In this document: positions 24,931 through 34,385 of the stretch, one piece after another
Numbering within the stretch: the stretch's first letter is position 1
Layout: each line of letters starts with the position of its first letter
Source: Callorhinchus milii
Lineage: Eukaryota
Assembly (NCBI RefSeq): GCF_018977255.1
Contig: NW_024704760.1
Coordinates: 310,001 to 374,000, forward strand
Reading direction: 5' to 3'
Length of the DNA: 64,000 bases
The notes under the pieces: model-generated
Databases searched by the model: none
What the model saw: only the letters and a program-made list of their open reading frames with translations
What the model was told of the DNA's origin: nothing
Program-made: the position numbers and the translations under genes

Positions 24931-25305
24931 GGGACAGCGAGAGGGGGGACATTCCAGTCTGTGTCCGCGCTAACTCTCCCCAGTTTATTACTGGCATTTA
25001 ACCCCTTCCCAACATGTGACACACATGTGGCAGGGAGGGATAATGTCAGCCAAGGTTCCCTGCTTCCGAACCCTATCCATCGTTCCTCTCCTGGCTCAGA
25101 AGGGCAGCAGTGGGGCAGCTCATTGCCGGGGCTCGAGGATTGGGGGTGGGAGCAGACAAGGGAACAGGAGAACATTGAGAGCTGGAGATGTCAGGTGGGG
25201 ATGTCAGGGGTGGGGGGCATTAGGGGAGTGTTGTTGGGGGGGTGCTGTGGGTTGAGGCTGTCGTGCAGGAAAGTGATACAAGTGTTTATGATGGGATGTC
25301 CTCAG

Positions 25306-25366
25306 TGACTTCATAGTTGCCCCCAACGACACTGTCTCCTGTTGGTGCAATGTGACATTACATTGC
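25306..25366 (+). promoter_or_regulatory. Candidate promoter elements of the protease-like gene (CRE-like TGACTTCA; palindrome containing TGACATTA)
   Basis: TGACTTCATA at 25306-25315 and GCAATGT-GACATT-ACATTGC at 25347-25366, ~170-225 bp upstream of the ATG. Motif match only. Confidence 0.35.
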
Positions 25367-25531
25367 GTGTGTGTGAAGCAGGCGGTGAGCAAACAAAAGC
25401 CCTGTGTCTGACAGGCCCTGCTCCCCGGGGAGGGGGGAGGGGAAGGGGTGGAGGAGGTGGGGGGGCACAGGGCACATCTCACAGCATCCTGTCTGCACAC
25501 ACACGGCGATGCGCTGAATTCCCCGGTGGGC

Positions 25532-26626
25532 ATGCGGTTAGCGAGTGTGGCACTGGTCTTGGCATTGCTCCTGGCCACTCCGCTGCTCACAGAGAACCTG
25601 CTGAAGTGTGGCACCCGCCGGGCCGGGGTGAGGGGGACCTTCCGCAACGTGAGGAGCAAAGAGCTGGAGCCGGGAGCCTGGCCCTGGCAGGTCAGCCTCG
25701 AGATGGTGGCGGAAAACAAGCATTTCTGCGGAGGGACCATCCTGAACGAGTTCTGGGTGATCACGGCTGCTCACTGCTTCCTGGACCCTGAGCTGCAGAA
25801 CCTGAAGGAGATCATCGTGGTGCTGGGCCTGAACAAGCGCCTGAGCCCCGAGAACTGGGCCCTGTACTCCAACCCCCACGACATCATCCTCCATGAGAGC
25901 TTCGACGAGGAGACGGGAGTGAACGACTTGGCTCTGATCCGCATGAAGGACCCGATCCAGTTTGGGCTTTACACCTGGCCCGTCTGCTTCCCCGACAACC
26001 CCACCTTCAACGAGAAAGACTGGGAAATCTGTATGGTGACGGGCTGGATGAAGATGGGGGAGGAGAGCTCAGACACGCTCCAGGAGACCTCCGTCTTCTT
26101 CCTCCCTTTCGATGAGTGCAACAGCAAGTTCTACAACGGCATGCTGACCCAGAACATGATGTGCGTGGACTTTGTGGAGAGCGACACAGCTACTTGTCAC
26201 ATCAACACGGGCGGCCCCATGGTGTGCCAGCCGGCCAACACCAACCGCTGGTTCCTCATCGGCGTCGTCAACTGGGTCAGCGACTGTGACCGGATGTGGC
26301 CCGGAGTCATCACCCTGACCAAGTCCTACCTGGAATGGGTGGAGAACACCACAGCCAAGTACGGCGCCCGCTTCGTCATCAACCGCTACGGCTCCGAGAC
26401 CGACATCACTCACCAGGCCAAGTCCCTCAAGATGAAAGCTGACAACTTTGCTGCTCAGATGATGCAGAACTATTGGTCGTGGAACATGATCAAAAAGGCC
26501 TACGAGCAGACCACCACCAACACCCCGCAGTATGTGACAGATACCCCTGCAAACAGCCAACCCCTCCCCCTCGCTGGGGGCAGACTGCTCCTCTGCTCCC
26601 TGACCCTGGTCCTGCTGCCAACGTGA
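25532..26626 (+). CDS. Intronless trypsin-fold (S1A) protease homolog, 364 aa, with signal peptide and C-terminal GPI-type signal; PRSS55/PRSS52/PRSS54-like; catalytic Ser replaced by Thr
   Basis: Signal peptide MRLASVALVLALLLATPLLT. Motifs WPWQVSL, FCGGTIL, TAAHC (H81), NDLAL (D132), PVCFP, CMVTGW, CHINTGGPMVC (T226), YLEWV. Ten conserved Cys. Hydrophobic tail RLLLCSLTLVLLPT*. Strong GC3 codon bias. AATAAA at 26767-26772. Confidence 0.9.
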   Translation: MRLASVALVLALLLATPLLTENLLKCGTRRAGVRGTFRNVRSKELEPGAWPWQVSLEMVAENKHFCGGTILNEFWVITAAHCFLDPELQNLKEIIVVLGLNKRLSPENWALYSNPHDIILHESFDEETGVNDLALIRMKDPIQFGLYTWPVCFPDNPTFNEKDWEICMVTGWMKMGEESSDTLQETSVFFLPFDECNSKFYNGMLTQNMMCVDFVESDTATCHINTGGPMVCQPANTNRWFLIGVVNWVSDCDRMWPGVITLTKSYLEWVENTTAKYGARFVINRYGSETDITHQAKSLKMKADNFAAQMMQNYWSWNMIKKAYEQTTTNTPQYVTDTPANSQPLPLAGGRLLLCSLTLVLLPT

Positions 26627-26766
26627 TGGGAGAGACATGCATCGAGTGCATGCGATGCTGAGCACTTCCCCCTCTCTCCCCCTCCCCCCCCCCACACTTC
26701 TCCCATCTCCGCCACCCCCCTCAAAACTCCTCCCCTGTTCCCTTTCTTCCTCGGGGAATCTCTTTA

Positions 26767-26772
26767 AATAAA
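26767..26772 (+). other. Polyadenylation signal of the protease-like gene
   Basis: AATAAA 141 nt after the stop codon, followed by GT/T-rich sequence. Confidence 0.6.
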
Positions 26773-27566
26773 GAAACCGGGAGATTCCAAACCAGGGCTC
26801 CATCGCCTGTGAGTCTTTTCTAATTAAATATGAATATTAAATATTTATTAGAATATCGTGCCGAGTGTGTGGTGAGAATATTTTCTTCTCTCTTTTGCGG
26901 CGATGAATTGGGTCATTCAATTCACGACTGTTTGTGGGACACTGCTTTGCGTAGTTGGCTGCCGTGTTACGCCCACAAAATATACAGTCACTACACTTTA
27001 CAGTATATCCTGTGAAGCGCTTTGAGACGTCTCAAAGATGTGATAAGGCGCTGTATCAAATGCAAGGATTATCATTATTATTATGAATGATGTTATTTGG
27101 ACCACGATGGGAATGTTTCACAAGTGGCTGCGAGGTGGGGAGAGGAGGGAGGGGGAAAGAGAGGGAACGGGCAGGAGGAGAGGGAGTGGGGGAGCGGGGG
27201 ACTGAGCGGAGGGGAGATGGATGATGACCAGGTGAGGTTTGGTGGTTGGTATGTTCGGGCTTGCGGAATGTGAAAGCTTGAATGCGCGGGACTGCTATTT
27301 TTACAGCAATTAGATTGAACTTCTCCTCCAGTCACTGTGGCAAGTGATTCCAGCACTGCGTCTCCATGGAAACGAGGCTCGAAAGGCTATTTTGGTAAAT
27401 TAACGACTAATTTTTAATTACAATCAATGTCAGGAAGGAGCTGTGGATGTATATCTGGGAACAGAACCTGTGTGAATGTGGTGGTGGGGAGACAGATAGA
27501 CAGACAGATTGACTGTGAATGTGCTGGAGAGAAAGAATAAATGTCCAGCTGGGGGATTGCTATACT

Positions 27567-27830
27567 AATAATCCTGGTCTTTGACACAACGCCTGATCAC
27601 GTCTTTTGAGACGTCCCACCGTGCTTCGTAGGACACTCTGTGAAGTGTAGTGACCGTCTGTTTTGTGGGCGAAACGCGGCAGCCAACAGGAGAAATTCCC
27701 TTCTCTTTTCCAGCGAAATCTCCGGATCCTTTAACGCCCACCCGAACAGGTAAACAGGACCGTTTCCTCTGAAGGTGGGCGTCTCCGACAATGCAGCCCC
27801 ACACACTGGGCCGGGTGTCAGCACAGACAC
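27567..27830 (-). mobile_element. SINE fragment (Deu domain plus tail)
   Basis: aataatcctgg...gagacgtc...gtgggcgaaacgcggcagccaa...ggatcctttaacgccca...ctctgaagg...tccgacaatgcagc. Confidence 0.7.
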
Positions 27831-28164
27831 TTTGTGGGGGGGGGGGAATTATGGACCCCCCAGAGGGTGACATTTTATCCTGAGGTAACCAGATGACAAG
27901 TGTTAGAAGTGGTGAGAGTCCCGCGCGCAGACTTTCATCGCTGGGCAATGGGGAGGTGGCTGAAAGGTCAGCCCTCGCCTCCCCTCAGAAGCCGGTACCC
28001 GTCACACTCTCTGATCTGACATGAAAAGCAGTGACTCAGTCAGTCACAGGTCCTTCCCTCCAGCTAAACCCATCGGAAGCGGCAACTCATGCCTGTGTTT
28101 GGCTACACAAGAAATCGTACGCAGTCGGCGGTTAACCCTTCCTGCTCCGTGGCGGATCCAGTGA

Positions 28165-28345
28165 TTTCTGAGTCAGAAGGTTGCGGGTTCAAGCCCCACG
28201 TCGGGGGAGGTTGGAATCACGCAGTCTAACCTGATGCTCCAATGCAGCTGAGCAGGTGCTGCATTGTCGAAGGTGCCGTCCTTCGGATGAGATGTTAACC
28301 CGAGGTCCCATCTGTGCCTGTTCAGGTGGATGTTAAAGGTTCTTC
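28165..28345 (+). mobile_element. Old Deu-SINE 5' part (tRNA B-box plus Deu domain)
   Basis: tctgagtcagaaggttgcgggttcaagccccac...gctgcattgtcgaaggtgccgtccttcggatgagatgttaacccgaggtccc...ttcaggtggatgttaaagg, resembling the SacSINE1/AmnSINE1-type Deu domain as recalled. Confidence 0.75.
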
Positions 28346-28423
28346 AGAGAATGCCAAGGGGACGGAAGGATTTCGATCGGAGGGAAGAGGAATGAGCGCC
28401 ATCCCCACAAATAACCAACCTCA

Positions 28424-28429
28424 TTTATT
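28424..28429 (-). other. Probable GPR61 polyadenylation signal
   Basis: tttatt on + (AATAAA on -), ~490 nt downstream of the GPR61 stop codon. Confidence 0.45.
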
Positions 28430-28917
28430 AGAATTTTCCAGAAATTACAAAGCGAAAGATTGTGTTAATTTACAAAATCTCTCCCGTAAATCACAACACG
28501 AGGAGCCCGAGCCATTAACCTTCTGACTGTCCAGAAGATGATTTTGTGTCCATTCAATTAGGCGAGTGTTTCCTCCTGTTTCCGTGGTTCCCGGTCACTG
28601 GGGGTGAGGGAGGTGGGAGTGGGGGGAGACAAGGGGGGAGGGGAGATGAGGGAGGTGGGAGTGGGGGGAACAAGGGAGGAGGGGAGGCAAGTGGGGCGAC
28701 GGGAGGCCTTAAAAAATCAAATTCGACACAATAAAGTGCTGGAAAGGGAAGGGAGTGAGACCTGGTGATGGTAAAACTGGTTGTGATCCTCGCGATGAAC
28801 AAGACTGAGCCTCGAGGTAGGAAAAGCCACCGCGTAAACATAGATTTATATTGTAAACATCATGTGACAGTCGAGAGAAGGAGAGGGAGAGAGACGGAGG
28901 GGGAGAGAGCGGGAGGG

Positions 28918-30258
28918 CTACACCTCGTGGTTGGGAGAGCGCCCCAGTTTAACACAAGTGTTGGACACACTGAAGTCGCTGGCTATCTGCTGCTCCAGGA
29001 ACTCGCACGTCTCCTCCAGGATTTGGCCGGGGATGTGGAAGGCGAGCGCGGGCTGGTCAGGTTTGGGGCTGGAGGCCCTGGTGTCCGTGGTGCAGCCCGT
29101 GCGCTGCAGGAACTGGAGGAAGTTCTCCTCGATGGAGCCCTCGCGGCTGGGCAAGGCCGGCTCCTCCTCCACGGCCGGGGTGAAGAGGCAGCTGAGGTGT
29201 TTGCTCAGAGCCCCGCGGATCTGCCTGTTCAGGCAGCCGTAGAAGAAGGGATTGGCGCTGAAGGAAGTGTAACCGATCCAGGTGACGATGGCCTCCCAGG
29301 GTTCCTCGGGGCCCAGACCTGGGGTCATGGCTGAGTACAGGTGAAAGGCAAAAAATGGCAGCCAACACAAGACAAACTGTCCTCCCACCAGCACGAGGAT
29401 CGCCGCAGCCTTGCCCCCCCCAAAGGTCCTCTGTGGGGAGCTCCGCTGGAGGCCGGAGCTGGTGACCATGGTGGACCTGCTACTTAGGGACTCTGAGCGT
29501 CGCCTTGGGGTGTCCAGCCAGATAGGCAGCGGCCCTCGCTGCATGGCCGCCACCCTGGCCACCCGGAACATTCCGCAGTACACCGTCAGGATGATGAACA
29601 CCGGCAACAAGAAGTAGAAGACGCTGAAGAACACCACAAAGACCTTCCTGTACTTGTCGACATTCCACTGGGAGCAGCAATGGCTCCTGTGTGTGGAGGA
29701 GCCGTGAGCCAGGCAGCCCAACACCGGCACCACCGACATCAGCGCGGCTTTGATCCACACACACACGATGACAGACACGACCAGTCGCACGGTCACACGG
29801 CCCTCGTACCTCATGGGGTGGACGATGTAATAGTAACGCTCCACGTTGATGGTCAGGATGGACAGGATGGAGGCGCTGATGAACAACATGTTCAGAAAGA
29901 GGTAAATACGGCACAAGATTTCCCCCAGGGCCATGCTACCGAACAGCCCCGAGCTCGTCACCATCCCCAGCGGCATCAGGACCAGGGCTGCCAGCAGATC
30001 CACCAGGCACAAGTGGAAAACAAAGACAAACTTCTTCAGCAGCGGAGTCCGGATAATCACCAGGATCACCGCGGCGTTCCCAATGATTCCCACCAGGTCA
30101 ACCAGCAACATGAAGAAGAGGCCGATAGATTGGGAAACGATGTCCGTAGGTGCGGACACTAGGCTCCCGTTCAGAGCTGTTGACGTGGGAGAGACTTCGC
30201 TTGGCCTCCCCGCAGCAGAACCGTTCCATGTCCATCCTTCCTGACTGGCAGCAGCCAT
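28918..30258 (-). CDS. GPR61: G protein-coupled receptor 61 (orphan class A GPCR), single coding exon, 446 aa
   Basis: Seven TM segments. KFVFVFHLCLVDLLAAL, INVERYYYIVHPMRYE, RRRSESLSSRSTMVTSSG, FGGGKAA, NPFFYGCLNRQIRG and LPSREGSIEENFLQFLQ are GPR61 signature segments. Syntenic with AMIGO1 and CYB561D1. Confidence 0.96.
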   Translation of the reverse strand: MAAASQEGWTWNGSAAGRPSEVSPTSTALNGSLVSAPTDIVSQSIGLFFMLLVDLVGIIGNAAVILVIIRTPLLKKFVFVFHLCLVDLLAALVLMPLGMVTSSGLFGSMALGEILCRIYLFLNMLFISASILSILTINVERYYYIVHPMRYEGRVTVRLVVSVIVCVWIKAALMSVVPVLGCLAHGSSTHRSHCCSQWNVDKYRKVFVVFFSVFYFLLPVFIILTVYCGMFRVARVAAMQRGPLPIWLDTPRRRSESLSSRSTMVTSSGLQRSSPQRTFGGGKAAAILVLVGGQFVLCWLPFFAFHLYSAMTPGLGPEEPWEAIVTWIGYTSFSANPFFYGCLNRQIRGALSKHLSCLFTPAVEEEPALPSREGSIEENFLQFLQRTGCTTDTRASSPKPDQPALAFHIPGQILEETCEFLEQQIASDFSVSNTCVKLGRSPNHEV

Positions 30259-30587
30259 GGGTGTGAGTGGCAGGTAACAGACCCCAGAGCCCTTCCTGCG
30301 AGTCCATCACCCATCCTCTTTGGGGAGAGGAGTGTCACTGGTGGGCGATGTCTGGTCTAGCATTGGTCATTGGTCAGATGACAGGGCCCTTCCCACATCT
30401 CCAAGAGCCACGGTTACCAGCTGTCAGCCCCCCACACCCCGATCAGCCCCGCCTACAACCCCACCCCTTACACCGGCCCACCGGGTGGCGAGGGTCTTGT
30501 CCGTCCGGCTGTGACGGGTCGATCTGATGGCGGAGACGAGGAGTCCGGAGGGGATGGAACCACTCATTCACGGATCATCAGAAACCT
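30259..30587 (-). other. GPR61: Predicted 5' UTR portion of the GPR61 coding exon
   Basis: Acceptor tgtctcttcctag| (ct at 30588-30589 on +). Confidence 0.55.
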
Positions 30588-31699
30588 CTAGGAAGAGACA
30601 TAGCAAATGGGTTAGGAACCGAAGAGAGAAACGGAGGGAATTCAGAGTGTGATATTGTCACCCGGGATAATTTTCACATCAACCATCAACAATCAGTTGT
30701 TATCACTGATCAGGGGGGGGCGGGGGGGAGAGTAAACACCCCCTTCACCACCAACACTGGGAACTGCTGACTAAATTTGACTCCATTTTTGTGGTAGTTC
30801 TCACTGCTGATAATATCGCAAGCCGCCTTCTTCCCCCTGTGTGAAAAGAAATACTTCCTGGTGTCTGTCCAGAAGTTGCTCTTTGCAGGTCTCATCTGAA
30901 GGATGGCATCTCCGACAATGATCCCACTGAGTCTCAGGAACTGACAGCAGCCTAAGGGTTAACATACACCTGATGATCAGTCCAAGCTGCTGCTGATTAT
31001 TCCAATCAGTGTGTGTGTGTGAGAGGAAGGGGAGAGGACAGGTTGAGGACCAGGTAAGATCTTCCCATCGGCTGCGCAGTGACCTGCTCTGTGAGAGAGC
31101 CCCCTCCCCATCTCCTCAGTGCAACCAACCAATCTAACATTGTCCTGCAGCACAGAGTGTCTGACAGCCGCAGGCTCGGTAAGAAAGCCCCAGGTTCTGT
31201 CCGCAGCCTGTACGGAGTTAGCTAATCTAGGTCTTGTTTCTAGACTTTCCTCACGACCGCCACACACCTGTCCCTAATGCCTCTAACCCTCATGATTCCA
31301 AACCCCCAGCTTGGGTGCAAACCCTTAGCTGTCCAGCGCCTTGGAATGTGCTCCTGACCTGAAAGGCGCTGTGTAAACACGTACGCACACAAGTACATAT
31401 ACACAAACAAGTACATTCACACACTCAAGTACATACACACACTGAAGTACATGCACACACACACTCAAGTACATACACACACTCAAATATATGCACACAC
31501 TCAAGTACGTGCACACATCCACACACACAAGTACGCACACATACACAAAACATACACACACACAAGTACATGCGAATGCACACACAATTACATGTGCACA
31601 CACATGCGCACACAAGCACATATGCACACATTTATGAACACACCCACATGTGCACACATGCACACACACACAAGAGGAATAATGGGTCTCTCGCACATT

Positions 31700-31980
31700 T
31701 CAGCAGGCGGTCAGGCCTTCAGCTTTTTGCCACACCCTCTAGAACTCTGTGCCGGAGCCCCTCCACCTCACTCCCTCCAGGAGGCTCCCTCTCCTCCTTC
31801 AAGGCCCGTTTGAAGACCTTCTTCGACTGCGCCTGTGTTCATCTTCCCTCCTCCAGGCTCCCTGTCCTCCACCCCTCTCTGATCCCACCCATAGTTCGGG
31901 TGCAAACCCCTCATTGTCCAGCGCCTTGCGACATCCTCCCGACGTGAAAAGAGCTGTGCAAATTTAATTTGTTGTTGTCT
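31700..31980 (+). mobile_element. L2 LINE 3' end fragment
   Basis: ggcggtcaggccttcagc...ctcctccttcaaggcccgtttgaagaccttc...cagcgccttgcgacatcctcccgacgtgaaaagagctg...ttgttgttg. Homologous to the copies at 21830 and 43045. Confidence 0.8.
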
Positions 31981-32453
31981 CTACCTGTAACCAGCTCACG
32001 TGCACAGCGCTCACAGCAAATGGTTACAGGTCTCTCTCAGCAGAAAGGCGTGAGTGAGGCTGGGAGCGAGGAGTGATTCCAGCGCCTGTGACTCAGACCT
32101 TTTCATTTTGATTCACAAGGTGCAGGTCAGCCTCCACTTGCCAACAATTGGACAAGGAATAATAGCCGTCTGTCACTGACTGCCAGCGCGGAGAGGAGAA
32201 GAGACATCGCTAGGTTATTTTAGAACCAGAAACCAGCAGCTGATTCAACTCTCTCTCTCGTTCCAGCATTAGGCTTTAGATTTTCCTCTTCTCTCTCTCT
32301 CTCACACACACTCACAGCTACACCTTCCGCCACATAACAGCCATTCAGACCATCAAGTCTGTGTTGATGTTCATCTCCACATTAGTGACCTTGTCTGATT
32401 CCACTCTCCTCCCTCCCCCATTGCCCTTTGATCTCTTTAGCAGCCACCTGTCT

Positions 32454-32515
32454 CAGTGAGCGCCAACCTGTGGCCCGCGGGCCAGAAGTGGCCCTCCGAA
32501 CACTCGCACTAGCCC
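32454..32515 (+). mobile_element. hAT/Charlie-like (MER58-type) DNA transposon end
   Basis: cagtgagcgccaacctgtggcccgcgggccagaagtggccc resembles the recalled CAGGGGTCGGCAAACT.CGGCCCGCGGGCC...CGGCCC terminus. The other end is not clearly found. Confidence 0.45.
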
Positions 32516-33310
32516 AATTCTTGATTTATGGCATCAGTGGAATGACACAGGATGTTACAGCACGGAAACAGGCCATTCGCGGCCCCACTGGTTGGTGCAG
32601 TGTTTGTGCGCCCTTTGAGCCTCTGAGTCTCTGTTGGCTGTGAGGGTCTTTGTGGCCCTGTTGGCTGTGAGGGTCTGTCTCTGTGGCCCTGTTGGCTGTG
32701 AGGGTCCTTGTGGCCCTGTGTGAGATGGAATCAATTAGCCAATCTAGAGTTCTTCAACGGTGAGCGTTGTGAGAGAGTTTTGTTAGAGATTGTCCCCGGA
32801 TAATCACATCAACAGTCGCTCTGACACAAGTGAAAGACCAACATTGACAGACAGAGCAATGCAGCAGTGAACTGCATTGTGAGCAACAGGGGAGAGATGA
32901 GAGGAATGTCTTCACTCAGAGACCTGTCTGTCAGGGTTTAGAATTCACTGGCATTGGAGGCACTGAGACTGGATCAATAAAGATGATCAATTGGGAGCCG
33001 GGTCAGCACTCGATATAGTGCAAACACGAGAAACAAACTGATAATTAATCAACAAGGTTATAATATAGGGCGCGAGGGCACAGGCATCGTGGGCTGCTGT
33101 GTGTGTGTGTGTGTGTGTGTGTCAGTGACTGGCTGCTGAATGGCCTCCTTTATGGCTCACATTGTCTCTGATTAACCCCTTGATGCCCGCGGAGAGGAAC
33201 AAAACACCAGCTTCACGAGCGCTGACACTGATACACACACACACAGTTGACACTGACACACACATACAGCCACTGACACACACACACAGCCACTGACACA
33301 CACAGCCACT

Positions 33311-33345
<35 letters not shown>

Positions 33346-33358
33346 CCACACACACAGC

Positions 33359-33394
<36 letters not shown>

Positions 33395-33513
33395 GGTTAG
33401 TGACACACTGACCCTAACTCACATCAGGATTTTGCAGGACATGAAAACAGCAACGATCAAAACCCCGAAGATTATTTTTGCTGCAGTTACTAAAGCTGGT
33501 TATTAGAAACATA

Positions 33514-34148
33514 GAGCTGGTTACTGAGCCCAGGGCTGGTTACTGAGCTGGTTACTGAGCTCAGGGCTGGTTACTGAGCTGGTTACTGAGCTCAGGGCTG
33601 GTTACTGAGCTGGTTACTGAGCTCAGGGCTGGTTACTGAGCTCAGGGCTGGTTACTGAGCTGGTTACTGAGCTCAGGGCTGGTTACTGAGCTCAGGGCTG
33701 GTTATTGAGCCCAGGGCTGGTTACTGGGCTGGTTACTGAGCTCAGGGCTGGTTACTGGCTCAGGGCTGGTTATTGAGCCCAGGGCTGGTTACTGGGCTGG
33801 TTACTGAGCTCAGGGCTGGTTACTGGGCTCGGGGTTGGTTACTGAGCCAAGGGCTGGTTACTGGGCTGGTTACTGAGCTCAGGGCTGGTTACTGGGCTCG
33901 GGGTTGGTTACTGGGCTGGTTACTGAGCCCAGGGCTGGTTACTGAGCTCAGGGCTGGTTACTGAGCTCAGGGCTGGTTACTGGGCTGGTTATTGAGCCCA
34001 GGGCTGGTTGCTGGGCTCGGGGTTGGTTACTGGGCTGGTTACTGAGCTCAGGGCTGGTTGCTGGGCTCGGGGTTGGTTACTGGGCTGGTTACTGAGCTCA
34101 GGGCTGGTTACTGAGCCCGGGGCTGGTTACTGGGCTCGGGGTTGGTTG
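33514..34148. repeat. 12/19-bp compound tandem repeat GCTGGTTACTGA(GCTCAGG)
   Basis: Visible array of ~630 bp in the predicted GPR61 intron. Confidence 0.95.
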
Positions 34149-34385
34149 CTGTACCGTGTGTCTCAGTGAGGCTGACACTGGGCTGTGTGAGCGTTCCGCC
34201 GCTGTTCATTCCCCGGGACTGGGGGTCAATGCAGCCTCCGGGGGGGGGCGCCGTTTACCAACACCAGTGGGTAAAAGGCTCGGCTGCCGTCTGGGATGGG
34301 ATACTGGCTGCCGGCTGGGATCGGCGGGGCCGGGATACTGGGAGATGCTGGGAGCCGGGATAGGGCTGCGAGCCGGGAAAAGGGT

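Noticed and set aside
8500-25300. An additional gene (e.g. GNAI3 or CTTNBP2NL) between WNT2B and the protease homolog
   Set aside because: No recognisable coding exons were found by eye, only repeats and unique non-coding blocks. Very small exons cannot be excluded without tBLASTn or RNA-seq.
25448-25531. N-terminal extension of the protease ORF in the ORF track
   Set aside because: It starts at GTG. The first in-frame ATG (25532) opens a classical signal peptide.
26069-26803. Antisense ORFs over the protease homolog (likewise over GPR61 and AMIGO1)
   Set aside because: Expected shadow ORFs of high-GC3 coding sequence, with no recognisable motifs.
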